From Candidatus Latescibacterota bacterium (GTDB lineage: Bacteria > Latescibacterota > UBA2968): a DNA stretch of 64,000 nucleotides. The position numbers were made by a program, and so were the translations under genes. Location of the stretch: positions 4,992,001 through 5,056,000 of the forward strand of contig OZ244960.1 of assembly GCA_965222605.1 (NCBI GenBank), read 5' to 3'. Numbering within the stretch: the stretch's first letter is position 1; each line of letters starts with the position of its first letter. Positions 39,177-48,575 of this stretch are shown one piece after another. Below the pieces are notes generated by a model, which had not been told where the DNA came from, searched no databases, and saw only the letters and a program-made list of their open reading frames with translations.

Positions 39177-40496
39177 TTAAAAAACTTTGTCGTCTTTGTT
39201 TTTCTTTTTAAGGGTATTTTTCCATCGGCGTTCGGGAGATTGAGGAGCGCGATCGATAAGTTTGTTGGGTTTGCCTATCTGTTTGACCAGATCAAAAGCA
39301 TCGTAGAGTTCACCCACAGCGGTCATTGCGCGGTACTGCAGGGTGTCGCCCGAGACACTGATGACCTGATAAAGTTGTGTGTTTTCTGCACCGCGCGTCA
39401 TCCAGCGGTCTTTTCTAAGTCTGGATTGTTTGGGACCGCTGACCGATACGACATAAACTGTGCCTTTGGTTGTGTCGCGCACGGTTACGCCGCTGCCGAT
39501 ATTGTGTCCTCTGGCATACGTATGGTTGTGACCCTGGAGCACCAGATCAACGGCGTATTTGTCAAAGATGGGTTTCCACGCTTCGCGCTGGTCTTTATTG
39601 GCGCGGCCAGAGGATGCGGAATAAACGGGATGATGGAATGTGACAAAGGTCCATTTATTGGGATTGTTTTCGAGCACTTGTTTCAACCAGGGGACCTGTT
39701 CTTTGTGGCGTTCATTGGAATTGAGCGAGATGATGCGCGCGCCCTGATAATCTGTGTAATAGGTGGTTTCCGCAAAGCCTTTGGGACCATTTTCGGGCAG
39801 GGTAAATTGCGGACGCCATAGAACAGAAAGGCGGCGTTTGTCCGCATCTTGATAGTTAGAGTATTCGTTATTCCCCGGTGTAGGAACGCTGGGGATTTTT
39901 GCATGGATCCAGTCGCCAGATTCAAACCATTCATGCCAATCGCTGTCCTTGTTGGGATAATCGACGAGGTCGCCTGCGTGGATGATAAAATCGGCATGGG
40001 GCGCGTCGAGCACAGCGGTTCGGACGGTGCGTGCCCAAAGGGCGAGCAAATTGTTTTGTGCATCGCCAAGGTAGATGAAGGTGAATTCATCTGGTTCGGC
40101 AGAGGCTGTGCGAAATTGATACCAGGAACTCCAGATTTTGCCGCTGCCCACGCGATAGGCATAAAGGGTATTGGGTTTGAGACCCTTGAATGTGACCGAG
40201 TGGAAATGGGCGACTTTTCTATAGTGTTTCCATTTTTCTGTGCGCGCGTTTTCGCGCCTGGCCCATGTGGTAAAATTAGCAGAGGCATTGGCTTCTGCGA
40301 TCTGACCTTCGGCTTGTGTGATGCTCGTATCGGTGCGCCATGTGATTGATGCTGTGGTGGTGGGGTCTTCCGACCAGTTGAGTATAATGCGGTCGGGAAT
40401 TTGTGATGGAGTGGGATCTACGGCAGCACGATGATACTCGTTTGCATAAGCCGGGACTGTGGATAGGAGCAGAAGGATGAGACAAATCAGACGCAT
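39177..40496 (-). CDS. Secreted metallophosphoesterase, purple acid phosphatase-like, copy B
   Basis: As copy A but with GDLVD, GNNE, GHNH. Confidence 0.9.
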   Translation of the reverse strand: MRLICLILLLLSTVPAYANEYHRAAVDPTPSQIPDRIILNWSEDPTTTASITWRTDTSITQAEGQIAEANASANFTTWARRENARTEKWKHYRKVAHFHSVTFKGLKPNTLYAYRVGSGKIWSSWYQFRTASAEPDEFTFIYLGDAQNNLLALWARTVRTAVLDAPHADFIIHAGDLVDYPNKDSDWHEWFESGDWIHAKIPSVPTPGNNEYSNYQDADKRRLSVLWRPQFTLPENGPKGFAETTYYTDYQGARIISLNSNERHKEQVPWLKQVLENNPNKWTFVTFHHPVYSASSGRANKDQREAWKPIFDKYAVDLVLQGHNHTYARGHNIGSGVTVRDTTKGTVYVVSVSGPKQSRLRKDRWMTRGAENTQLYQVISVSGDTLQYRAMTAVGELYDAFDLVKQIGKPNKLIDRAPQSPERRWKNTLKKKNKDDKVF

Positions 40497-40537
40497 GATG
40501 TTCTCTGGGTGAGAATTTTTGAAAGACCACTAATTGA

Positions 40538-41851
40538 TTAATAAACTTTGTCGTCTTTGTCTTTCTTTTCAAGGGTATTTTCCCAACGGCGTTCGGGAGA
40601 TTGGGGAGCGCGATCTATGAGTTTGTTGGGTTTGCCCATCTGTTTTACCAGATCAAAAGCATCGTAGAGTTCACCCACAACGGTCATTGCGCGGTAGTGC
40701 AGCGTGTCGCCGGAGACAGAGATGATTTGATAAAGTTGTGTGTTTTCCGCACCGCGCGTCATCCAGCGGTCTTTTCTGAGTTTGTATTGTTTGGGACCGC
40801 TGACCGATACGACATAAACTGTGCCTTTGGTTGTGTCGCGCACGGTTACGCCGTTGCCGATATTGTGTCCTCTGGCATACGTATGGTCGTGACCCTGGAG
40901 CACCAGATCGACGGCGTATTTGTCAAAGATGGGTTTCCAGGCTTCGCGCAGGTCTTTGTTGTCGCGGCCTTCAGACGCTGAATAGACGGGATGATGGAAT
41001 GTGATAAAGGTCCATCTATTGGGATTGTTTTCGAGCACTTGTTCCAACCAGGGTACCTGTTCTTCGCGGCGTTCATTGGAATTGAGTGAGATGATGCGCG
41101 CACCCTGATAATCTGTGTAATAGGTGGTTTCCTGGAGGCCCTCTGGCCCATTTTCTGGCAAGGTGAAATGCGGACGCCATAGAACAGATAGACGGCGTTT
41201 GACCCCATTTTTATAGTATTCGTGATTCCCCGGCGTAGAAATACTGGGGATTTTTGCATGGATCCAGTCACCAGATTCAAACCATTCCTGCCATTCGCTA
41301 TCCCTGTTGGCACGGTTGACGAGGTCGCCTGCGTGGATGATAAAATCGGCATGGGGCGCGTCGAGCACAGCGGTTCGGATGGTGCGTGCCCAAAGGGCGA
41401 GCAAATTGTTTTGTGCATCGCCAAAGTAGATAAAAGTAAAATCGTCCGGTTCGGCTGAGGCCGTGCGAAATTGATACCAGGAGCTCCAGATAGCGCCACT
41501 GCCCACGCGATATGCATAAAGGGTATTGGGTTTGAGGCCCTTGAAGGTGACCGAATGGAAATGGGCAGTATTTTTATTGTGTTCCCATTTTTCAGTGCGC
41601 GCTGTTTCGCTCCTGGCCCATGTGGTAAAATTGGCCGAGGCGTTGGCTTCTGCGATCTGTCCTTCGGCTTGTGTGATGCTCGTATCGGTGCGCCAGGTGA
41701 TTGATGCTGTGGTGGTGGGGTCTCCCGACCAGTTGAGTACAATGCGGTCGGGAATTTTTGAGGGAATGGAATCTACGGCCGCACGGTGATACTCGTTTGC
41801 ATAAACCGGGGCTGCGGATAGGAGCAGAAGGATGAGACAGATCAGACGCAT
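40538..41851 (-). CDS. Secreted metallophosphoesterase, purple acid phosphatase-like, copy C
   Basis: As copy A but with GDLVN, GNHE, GHDH. Confidence 0.9.
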   Translation of the reverse strand: MRLICLILLLLSAAPVYANEYHRAAVDSIPSKIPDRIVLNWSGDPTTTASITWRTDTSITQAEGQIAEANASANFTTWARSETARTEKWEHNKNTAHFHSVTFKGLKPNTLYAYRVGSGAIWSSWYQFRTASAEPDDFTFIYFGDAQNNLLALWARTIRTAVLDAPHADFIIHAGDLVNRANRDSEWQEWFESGDWIHAKIPSISTPGNHEYYKNGVKRRLSVLWRPHFTLPENGPEGLQETTYYTDYQGARIISLNSNERREEQVPWLEQVLENNPNRWTFITFHHPVYSASEGRDNKDLREAWKPIFDKYAVDLVLQGHDHTYARGHNIGNGVTVRDTTKGTVYVVSVSGPKQYKLRKDRWMTRGAENTQLYQIISVSGDTLHYRAMTVVGELYDAFDLVKQMGKPNKLIDRAPQSPERRWENTLEKKDKDDKVY

Positions 41852-41942
41852 GGTGGTCTCCAGGTCGAGGATGTAGGATCGGGGTTTCGCTTACAAAGAT
41901 ACAATATGTTCCAAATAAAAAAAGGCGAAACGCGATTATTAT

Positions 41943-42692
41943 TCAATCAATTTCAAGGGAGATTTCATTGTTGAGTTGTTCGCGTTCGGAGCGAGAATCA
42001 GATGTGGCGTAGTGGAGGATGAGTGCTTTGCGCCATGTCTTTGTGCGGTTTATTTCGCTGTAGTGCAGGGTGCAACCGTGGTGAAAAATGACAGATCCTG
42101 CTGGCACAGGACAGGCGACGGATTCGGGGAGATCGATATTTTTTGTATCGGGGATGTGATGCACGGGGCGGTCTGGATCATGGGTGATGTCAAAGATGCC
42201 GTGTCTGTGTGAACTGGGTACATAACGCATACAGCCATTGGTATCTGTGGCGTCGTCTAAGGCAATCCAGGCGGTGACGAGACCATTGGTAGGTTGTACG
42301 CGAAAATAGCTCTGGTCCTGGTGCGGCGGTTTGGCCTGACCGCCCGGCGGTTTGAGCAGCATCTGATCGCGAAAAACGCGAATGCGCGGTCCGATTAAGC
42401 CGCGCACGAGTGCGAGTAATTTGGGATGTCTGGCAATGGGGCGATAGGCGGGGTCAAAGCGCACGACAAATGCGAGAACGCGTACACTTTGATTTCGCGC
42501 TTCTGGATTTGATTTATCTGTTACGGTATTGCCTTCATGGCCAATTGAGATGCCCTCAGGTGCTCGATCCGGGTTGGCTACAATCTCGTCGGTGCGCTGA
42601 ATTACGTCGGCGAGTTCTTCTTTTGCAAAGAGGTTTTTTACGACGAGATAGCCGTGGGTATCGTAAAATGTTTTCATACTGGATTCAAACAC
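41943..42692 (-). CDS. Phytanoyl-CoA dioxygenase (PhyH) family Fe/2OG dioxygenase
   Basis: KPP, HQD, WIALDDA, NGC, H-x-S-x-x-N. Confidence 0.9.
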   Translation of the reverse strand: MFESSMKTFYDTHGYLVVKNLFAKEELADVIQRTDEIVANPDRAPEGISIGHEGNTVTDKSNPEARNQSVRVLAFVVRFDPAYRPIARHPKLLALVRGLIGPRIRVFRDQMLLKPPGGQAKPPHQDQSYFRVQPTNGLVTAWIALDDATDTNGCMRYVPSSHRHGIFDITHDPDRPVHHIPDTKNIDLPESVACPVPAGSVIFHHGCTLHYSEINRTKTWRKALILHYATSDSRSEREQLNNEISLEID

Positions 42693-42713
42693 AGCGTTCT
42701 CCTTTTAACGCGA

Positions 42714-42742
42714 AAAATACGGTTTTGAACACAGTATGTCAA
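42714..42742 (-). promoter_or_regulatory. Sigma70-type promoter
   Basis: TTGACA-N17-TATTTT on the - strand. Confidence 0.6.
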
Positions 42743-42753
42743 GCGCGTGAATT

Positions 42754-42821
42754 GGGGCTGGAGGTTGGGGGCTAGGGGCTGGTTGGGTAGTCCTCTCACC
42801 TTTTGCGTCTCACCTTTTACG
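42754..42821. repeat. Two heptamer tracts
   Basis: GGGGCTG GAGGTTG GGGGCTA GGGGCTG; TCTCACC TTTTGCG TCTCACC TTTTACG. Confidence 0.7.
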
Positions 42822-42824
42822 TCA

Positions 42825-45215
42825 TTACTCATACCGCAATGCTTCCACGGGATTTGCTCGTGCAGCTTTGATGGCTTGATAGCTGACGGTTAGTAGCGCG
42901 ATGAGCAAGGCGATGAGGCCGCTCAAGATAAATGTACTGATGCCCAGATCAATTCGGTAAGCGAAGCTCTGTAGCCACTGGTTCATCGCGTAGTACGCAA
43001 TTGGCCAGGCGATAAGATTGGCGATGAGGACGAGTTTGAGAAAGTCTTTGGAGAGCAAGTATAAAATGTTCGAGACAGAGGCTCCGAGAATTTTGCGAAT
43101 GCCGATTTCTTTGGTGCGCTGTTGGGTGGTGAATGCAACCAGACCGAAGAGACCGAGACAAGCGATGAGGATGGCGAGGCCAGAAAAGATTTGGAAGATG
43201 TGGGACATTTGTTGCTCTCGGTTGTAGAGCCTGGCATAATCTTGGTCTAAGAATGTGTAGCTAAACGGCTGATTTGGAGCGAATTTTTTCCAGATCCCTT
43301 CAACCGCAGAAATAGCTTCTGCGACATTGCCGGGGTGGAGGCGAATGGCAATGTACATTGGAAATCTGTGCAGGTAGGGCAATACAAGTGGTTTGATTTC
43401 CTGCTTGAGTGAGCCGATGTGGAAATCGGATACCACACCGATAATTGGGCCTTCGCTTCTACCCATTCTACTGCCTATGCTGAGTTTTTTCCCGAGTGCG
43501 GTTTGCCACCCCAGTGCTTTTACAGCAGATTGGTTGACGAGAAATGCAGAGACATCTGTTGCGTGTTCTGCGGGGGCAAAGTTGCGGCCTTCTACAATTT
43601 TTAGATTCAGTGCCTCGACATATTTTTCATCTACTACTGTGTATGTGAGGGATGTTTCTTTATAATTTGCCGGTTGTTCGGGCCTGAAGCGCATGGAATC
43701 AAAATCGTGCCCTGGTACGCCTGTATTGAGTGAGGCTGTAGCCACCTGCGGCAGTGTTTCGAATTGGTCTCTGAATGTCAGGGCTTGTCTGGGGGAGGTC
43801 AGGGTACGCGGTATCCCCTGGAGAATAAGGACGTGTTCTCTGTCAAATCCGAGGTGTTTATTTTGTGCGAAATGAAGCTGGTTGAGAACGACGAGTGTGC
43901 CGACCAATAGACTGATGGAAATGCAAAATTGCAGGACGACCAGTCCATTGCGAAGATAGTTTTTGCCCGATGTGATGTGTCCTTTGAGCGCTGTAATAGG
44001 CCAGAATGAGGAGAGGTAAAGTGCTGGATACAGGCCGGATAGGAGGCCGACGACGATGATGAAGGCAAATAATCCAATCAGCACTTGGGGCGCGATCAGG
44101 CTGCCCATTGTGAGGTGTTTGTTGGCGAGGCTGTTGAGGAGTGGCAGTCCCAATTCGCATATACCAATCGCCAAAAGACTTGAGAAGGCGACGTAGATGG
44201 TGGATTCGGAGAAGAATTGGCGAATGAGTTGCGAGCGGTGAGAGCCGAGGACTTTTCGAACGCCGACTTCGCGGGCGCGGGTTGATGAACGCGCTGTGGA
44301 GAGGTTGACGAAGTTAATGCAGGCGAGTAGCAGGACAAAAATTGCGATGAGTGAAAAGATATAGACATGCATGATGTTGCTGTTTGCAGTGATTTCGTAT
44401 CTGAGGTTCGAATGTAGATGGATGTCTGTGAGGGGTTGGATGAGGTAGTTGGTGTAGTCGCCGGGCTGAGAAGATCTTTTGCTCAAGATGTGTTCGCGAA
44501 CATAAGCTGTAAATTTGGTTTGCAATTCAGAGGCAGATGCTCCGTCTTTTAACATGAGGTACGTATAAACAGTGGCCGAGCCCCAGTCTGATTTTCTGCG
44601 CTCGATAATGGGAAGGGTTTTGAGGGGTGCGAGAAAGTCGAAGTGAAAGTGGGACTGGGGTGGGAATGCTTTGACCACGCCCGTGACTTGAAACGATTTG
44701 CCATCGCTAAGTTCAAGGGTTTGTCCCATTGGGTCGCGATTGGGAAAGTAACGTTGCGCGCTTTGTTCGGTGAGGATGACTGCGTTGGGCGCATTGAGTG
44801 CTGTTGTGGGATCTCCTGCAATGAAGGGGACGGTAAAGACATCGAAAAAGCTGCTTTCCGTGTAGTAGAAATTTTTCTCGATGACATAATTCGATTCTCG
44901 ACGGATGGTTTGACTTCCCCGTCTCAATCGCGTGCTATGGGCTACCTGTGGAAATCGTTCTTTCAGGGTTTCAGATATGGGTACCGATACAATGGGAATG
45001 GTCCATTCGTTGTCGCCGTATCGGGCGTTCCACAAAACGCGATAGATTTGATTGGCATTTTTGTGAAATTGATCGTAGCTCAGTTCGTCTTGTACAAAGA
45101 GCATGATCAACATACAGCACGCAATACCAACGGCGAGTCCAGAGATGTTGACAAAAGAATAGACTTTGTGACGCAAGAGTGTGCGGATGGCGACGGTGAT
45201 GTGGTTTTTGAACAT
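42825..45215 (-). CDS. Duplicated MacB/FtsX-type ABC permease
   Basis: INFVNLSTA, REVGVRKVLG, KEIGIRKILGA, NPVEALRYE. Confidence 0.92.
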   Translation of the reverse strand: MFKNHITVAIRTLLRHKVYSFVNISGLAVGIACCMLIMLFVQDELSYDQFHKNANQIYRVLWNARYGDNEWTIPIVSVPISETLKERFPQVAHSTRLRRGSQTIRRESNYVIEKNFYYTESSFFDVFTVPFIAGDPTTALNAPNAVILTEQSAQRYFPNRDPMGQTLELSDGKSFQVTGVVKAFPPQSHFHFDFLAPLKTLPIIERRKSDWGSATVYTYLMLKDGASASELQTKFTAYVREHILSKRSSQPGDYTNYLIQPLTDIHLHSNLRYEITANSNIMHVYIFSLIAIFVLLLACINFVNLSTARSSTRAREVGVRKVLGSHRSQLIRQFFSESTIYVAFSSLLAIGICELGLPLLNSLANKHLTMGSLIAPQVLIGLFAFIIVVGLLSGLYPALYLSSFWPITALKGHITSGKNYLRNGLVVLQFCISISLLVGTLVVLNQLHFAQNKHLGFDREHVLILQGIPRTLTSPRQALTFRDQFETLPQVATASLNTGVPGHDFDSMRFRPEQPANYKETSLTYTVVDEKYVEALNLKIVEGRNFAPAEHATDVSAFLVNQSAVKALGWQTALGKKLSIGSRMGRSEGPIIGVVSDFHIGSLKQEIKPLVLPYLHRFPMYIAIRLHPGNVAEAISAVEGIWKKFAPNQPFSYTFLDQDYARLYNREQQMSHIFQIFSGLAILIACLGLFGLVAFTTQQRTKEIGIRKILGASVSNILYLLSKDFLKLVLIANLIAWPIAYYAMNQWLQSFAYRIDLGISTFILSGLIALLIALLTVSYQAIKAARANPVEALRYE

Positions 45216-45278
45216 GGCTCCTCCTGTAAAAAATAAGATAGACGATCAAGCGTTATTTTTTCACATTAAAACATTAGA

Positions 45279-45293
45279 GCAATAACCGTGCCA
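45279..45293 (-). promoter_or_regulatory. Sigma-54 (-24/-12) promoter
   Basis: TGGCACG-GTTA-TTGC on the - strand, about 64 bp upstream of the permease ATG. Confidence 0.8.
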
Positions 45294-45358
45294 AAAATCA
45301 TTTGTGTATATTTTTCAATAGGTTAAGTGAAAACAGGAATTTGACATCTCCACAAAAG

Positions 45359-45395
45359 TGTCCGATAATGATACAGTAGTGTCCGTTTCCGGACA
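45359..45395. promoter_or_regulatory. Tandem enhancer-like (UAS) sites
   Basis: TGTCCG-ATAA-TGATACA and the perfect TGTCCG-TTTC-CGGACA, 21 bp apart. Confidence 0.6.
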
Positions 45396-45483
45396 GTTTG
45401 GATATAAATAATCTATGCCTTGACATTAAACTATTTTGAAGTAAATTCCAAAATAGTTCAACTAATTTGGAGGAAAGTTCAAA

Positions 45484-46650
45484 ATGGTACACTATTCTCG
45501 GCGTTTAAGGATCGATTTGCCCGATCGACAGTCGGCTTTTTTGTGGGGACCGCGAAAAACGGGTAAATCCACATATCTCAAACAGATGTTTCCCAACGGC
45601 CTGGTCTATGATTTTCTAAAGACGGATTTAATGCTGGATTTTAACCGGCGGCCAGCCATGTTGCGCGAGCAAATTCTCGCGCAATCCGAAGCATTATTGG
45701 AGCATCCGATTATCCTTGATGAGGTGCAGCGCGTGCCGCTTCTGTTGGATGAGGTGCATTGGCTGATAGAAAATAAGGGACTGCGTTTTATTTTATGTGG
45801 CTCCAGTGCGCGAAAGCTCAAGCGGGGACGGGCCAATTTGCTCGGTGGACGCGCCTGGCGATATGAAATGTTTCCATTGGTGACAGATGAGTTGCATGAC
45901 GGTGATATGGATCTCTTGAGGATTTTGAATCGCGGTCTGATTCCCGATCATTTTGCCAGCACGCAATATCGTCGTTCTCTGAACGCGTATGTGCAAGATT
46001 ACTTAAAAGAAGAAGTTTTTGACGAGGGATTGACGCGCAATATTCCAGCATTTTCCAGATTTTTTGATGCGATGGGATACTCTCACGGCGAGTTGACTAA
46101 TTTTTCCAATATTGCCCGAGAGTGTGGCGTGAGTTCCAAGACTGTGAAAGAGTATTATCAAATTCTCGTCGATACGCTTTTGGGCAGAATAGTTGAACCT
46201 TTTAAGAGACGGCAAAGCAGGCAGGTTATTTCCAGGGCATCTAAGTTTTATTTGTTTGATGTGGGTGTGGCCGGTACGCTTGCGAAACGGCATTTGGAGG
46301 ATGCCCAGGGCATGATTTTTGGCAAAGCGTTTGAGCATTTTATTTTTACTGAGTTGATGGCACACGCTTCTTATTGTGCGTTGCATTACGATGTTCATTT
46401 TTGGCGCACGAAGTCGGGGGTGGAGGTTGATTTTGTACTGGGCAATGGCGAGGTGGCAATTGAGGCAAAAGGTACAAGCCGGGTAGATAACAAGGTTCTT
46501 CGACCTATGCATGCATTTATCGATGAATTCGGACCCAGGAAAGCTATAGTTGTTTGTAATGAAACGACGGAACGCGTTGTTGGCCCAATTCGCATTGTGC
46601 CCTGGAAAGTATTTCTACAATCTCTATGGGCAGGTGATGTGATTTCATGA
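45484..46650 (+). CDS. AAA_14 ATPase with DUF4143
   Basis: GPRKTGKST, LDEVQR, CGSS, KFYLFDVG, FWRTKSGVEVD, IEAK. Confidence 0.9.
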   Translation: MVHYSRRLRIDLPDRQSAFLWGPRKTGKSTYLKQMFPNGLVYDFLKTDLMLDFNRRPAMLREQILAQSEALLEHPIILDEVQRVPLLLDEVHWLIENKGLRFILCGSSARKLKRGRANLLGGRAWRYEMFPLVTDELHDGDMDLLRILNRGLIPDHFASTQYRRSLNAYVQDYLKEEVFDEGLTRNIPAFSRFFDAMGYSHGELTNFSNIARECGVSSKTVKEYYQILVDTLLGRIVEPFKRRQSRQVISRASKFYLFDVGVAGTLAKRHLEDAQGMIFGKAFEHFIFTELMAHASYCALHYDVHFWRTKSGVEVDFVLGNGEVAIEAKGTSRVDNKVLRPMHAFIDEFGPRKAIVVCNETTERVVGPIRIVPWKVFLQSLWAGDVIS

Positions 46651-47991
46651 AAGGCGCAGGCTGCCCAGTTGAAATCTGCGTGGATCACCGAGGCGCTTTT
46701 CCAGGGCTTCGAGTGTCCAGTTGGTGTGGGTGATTGCCCAGTCGATTTCGCTGGCGAGTGGGCTGTCGAAGATGCCGGGGTCGTCCGCGCCGATGACGAG
46801 GTTGACGTTTGATTTGAGGAATGTGTGGATGGGGTGATGAGCAGGATCGGGCACGCCGCCGATGCGGAGATTGGAGGTGGGGCACGTTTCGATGACTGTG
46901 CCGAGTTGTGTGAGGCGGTTGAGAGCAAATTGCTGGCGGTTGCGGATTTCTTCGAGGCGTTGGGGATTATAAGGGCGCTCGACTATTTCGTCGGGTGCTC
47001 GATTTTTCAGGGTTTGTCGTTCGGTTTGGAGTGCGCTGGTATTTATTTCGATATCGAAAGCCGAAAGCTCTGAGGCGTGCATGAGATCATAGGCGATCTG
47101 GTCGAGGCGTTCGCTGACCCGTTCTTTCGCATGTGCATCGGGGCGGCGTTCAATCGCCACTGACGGGTCAAGGCCGAGCGCTATGGCATGGCCCAATCGC
47201 CTGACACCCATTTCGGCGGCTTCATGACACCAGCGTATCGCGCTTTCGAGCGATTTGTCAAAATAGCTTTCGCCCACATGATAGGTGATTTCGAGGGCGC
47301 GTTCGGGGTGTTGTTGGTTATCTTTGTGCAGGCGTTGGAAGAGTGCGCGGTTGTCTTTAGGGGGATAGCCCTCTTCGATATCGGCAAAGTCAATGCCGAC
47401 GATGGTGGGGATGAGTTCGGGGTTTTCGTTCAGGAGCTCTTGCACCCATTCGTAGTCTTGTTGTGCGGTCCAGCGGCGCAGGCTGATGATATAACGCGCG
47501 GTTGTGTTGTTTTGCGATGCATTTGAGAGGATTTGAGCCTGGGTGCGATGAAAGTTGATGAATGTATCTCGCGTTTCGTCGCTGCATCCACATCGGTATT
47601 CGACGAAGGTGATGCCTTCTTTGCGATGTCGGTCTTGTGCGCTGGAAATCATTTTTATTATGAGATCCTGTCTTTTGGGCGGGTGTTTCAAAAGACTGGT
47701 GATGAAGTTGAATTTAGCTTTAAACCGACCGAAGTCGCCCCCGTCTTTTTCGGTGTAGATGTAGTGTTCTTTAAATTCGGTAAGTCCCGTGGTTGGATTG
47801 GATATGGCATCGCGATAGAGCGCAATGGGATCCGGGCGAATACCATAAGCTTTTTCATAGGTGTCTGTAAAAAGCGTCCAGTCAATGTCTTCGTAAAAGT
47901 CTCTGCCGAGTTCTATGAGGTCTTCAGCGGTTAAGCATCCGCCGGGGTGGACGTGGAGTTCGCAAGTTTTGGCTAAGTGGAGTGGGGACAT
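46645..47991 (-). CDS. Adenosine deaminase-like metal-dependent hydrolase
   Basis: ELHVH, HVGE, RLGHA, CPTSN, DDPG. Confidence 0.85.
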   Translation of the reverse strand: MSPLHLAKTCELHVHPGGCLTAEDLIELGRDFYEDIDWTLFTDTYEKAYGIRPDPIALYRDAISNPTTGLTEFKEHYIYTEKDGGDFGRFKAKFNFITSLLKHPPKRQDLIIKMISSAQDRHRKEGITFVEYRCGCSDETRDTFINFHRTQAQILSNASQNNTTARYIISLRRWTAQQDYEWVQELLNENPELIPTIVGIDFADIEEGYPPKDNRALFQRLHKDNQQHPERALEITYHVGESYFDKSLESAIRWCHEAAEMGVRRLGHAIALGLDPSVAIERRPDAHAKERVSERLDQIAYDLMHASELSAFDIEINTSALQTERQTLKNRAPDEIVERPYNPQRLEEIRNRQQFALNRLTQLGTVIETCPTSNLRIGGVPDPAHHPIHTFLKSNVNLVIGADDPGIFDSPLASEIDWAITHTNWTLEALEKRLGDPRRFQLGSLRLS

Positions 47992-48127
47992 GTATCATTC
48001 CTTTGGATTCGCGCGGTTCGGGCCTGTTGCATATAAAAAAGTTAAGAGAATTTACTGAGTGAGACAATAAGGAAAGAAGTACCTATTTTCAGATAGAAAA
48101 ATGTCTCAAATTGGGACAATTCACCGC

Positions 48128-48156
48128 TTGACGCGGCTTATTATTTATGATATTTT
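48128..48156 (+). promoter_or_regulatory. Sigma70-type promoter
   Basis: TTGACG-N17-TATTTT with a TG extension. Confidence 0.6.
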
Positions 48157-48190
48157 AAAAAGTGAGATAATCGTGCAAATGGAGGCTTAC

Positions 48191-48421
48191 ATGACCCTAC
48201 AGTTGTTGATTTTCATCGCTACAATGATTTATCTGTGTTGGGTATTTGTTCGGTATTGGAAACGTCGGAATCGCAAAGATGGTCCGTTTATTGAAGTGAT
48301 CGAAGACAAGCCCGTGAGTAAGCCGTATAGACAGAGGCGGGTGGAAAAGAAAAAAGAGTCCGATGCCGACCGCGAATGGCGCAAGCGCGTGCGTGACGAA
48401 ATTGAAGATATGACAAAATAA
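48191..48421 (+). CDS. Small single-TM hypothetical protein (76 aa)
   Basis: GGAGG SD, N-terminal TM helix and charged tail; has its own promoter and terminator. Confidence 0.7.
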   Translation: MTLQLLIFIATMIYLCWVFVRYWKRRNRKDGPFIEVIEDKPVSKPYRQRRVEKKKESDADREWRKRVRDEIEDMTK

Positions 48422-48471
48422 AGTCGCGGATTGAAAGCCATTTGTTCACGGCACACTTTTCGCGCTACAAC

Positions 48472-48500
48472 AAAACCTCATCCTATTGGATGGGGTTTTT
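48472..48500 (+). terminator. Intrinsic terminator
   Basis: AAAACCTCATCC-TATT-GGATGGGGTTTTT. Confidence 0.8.
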
Positions 48501-48575
48501 ATTGTGCTTGCTCTTGAGCAGTTTGCGTGCTACGTTACGTACGAGCGAGCAAACCTTTGAATTGGAATATTGGAT

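Larger units (their letters stand above)
37819..41851. repeat. Tandem triplication of a ~1.36-kb unit
   Basis: Unit offsets are 1358 and 1361 bp. Spacers 39136-39176 and 40497-40537 share GTTCTCTGGGTGAGAATTTTTGAAAGACCACTAATTGA. Confidence 0.95.

Noticed and set aside
37819-41851. Diversity-generating retroelement behind the phosphoesterase variation
   Set aside because: There is no reverse transcriptase or template repeat, and the differences include indels spread along whole genes.
45484-47991. RADAR-like defence system (ATPase plus adenosine deaminase)
   Set aside because: The genes are convergent, both are much shorter than RdrA/RdrB, and the ATPase is the common AAA_14-DUF4143 type.
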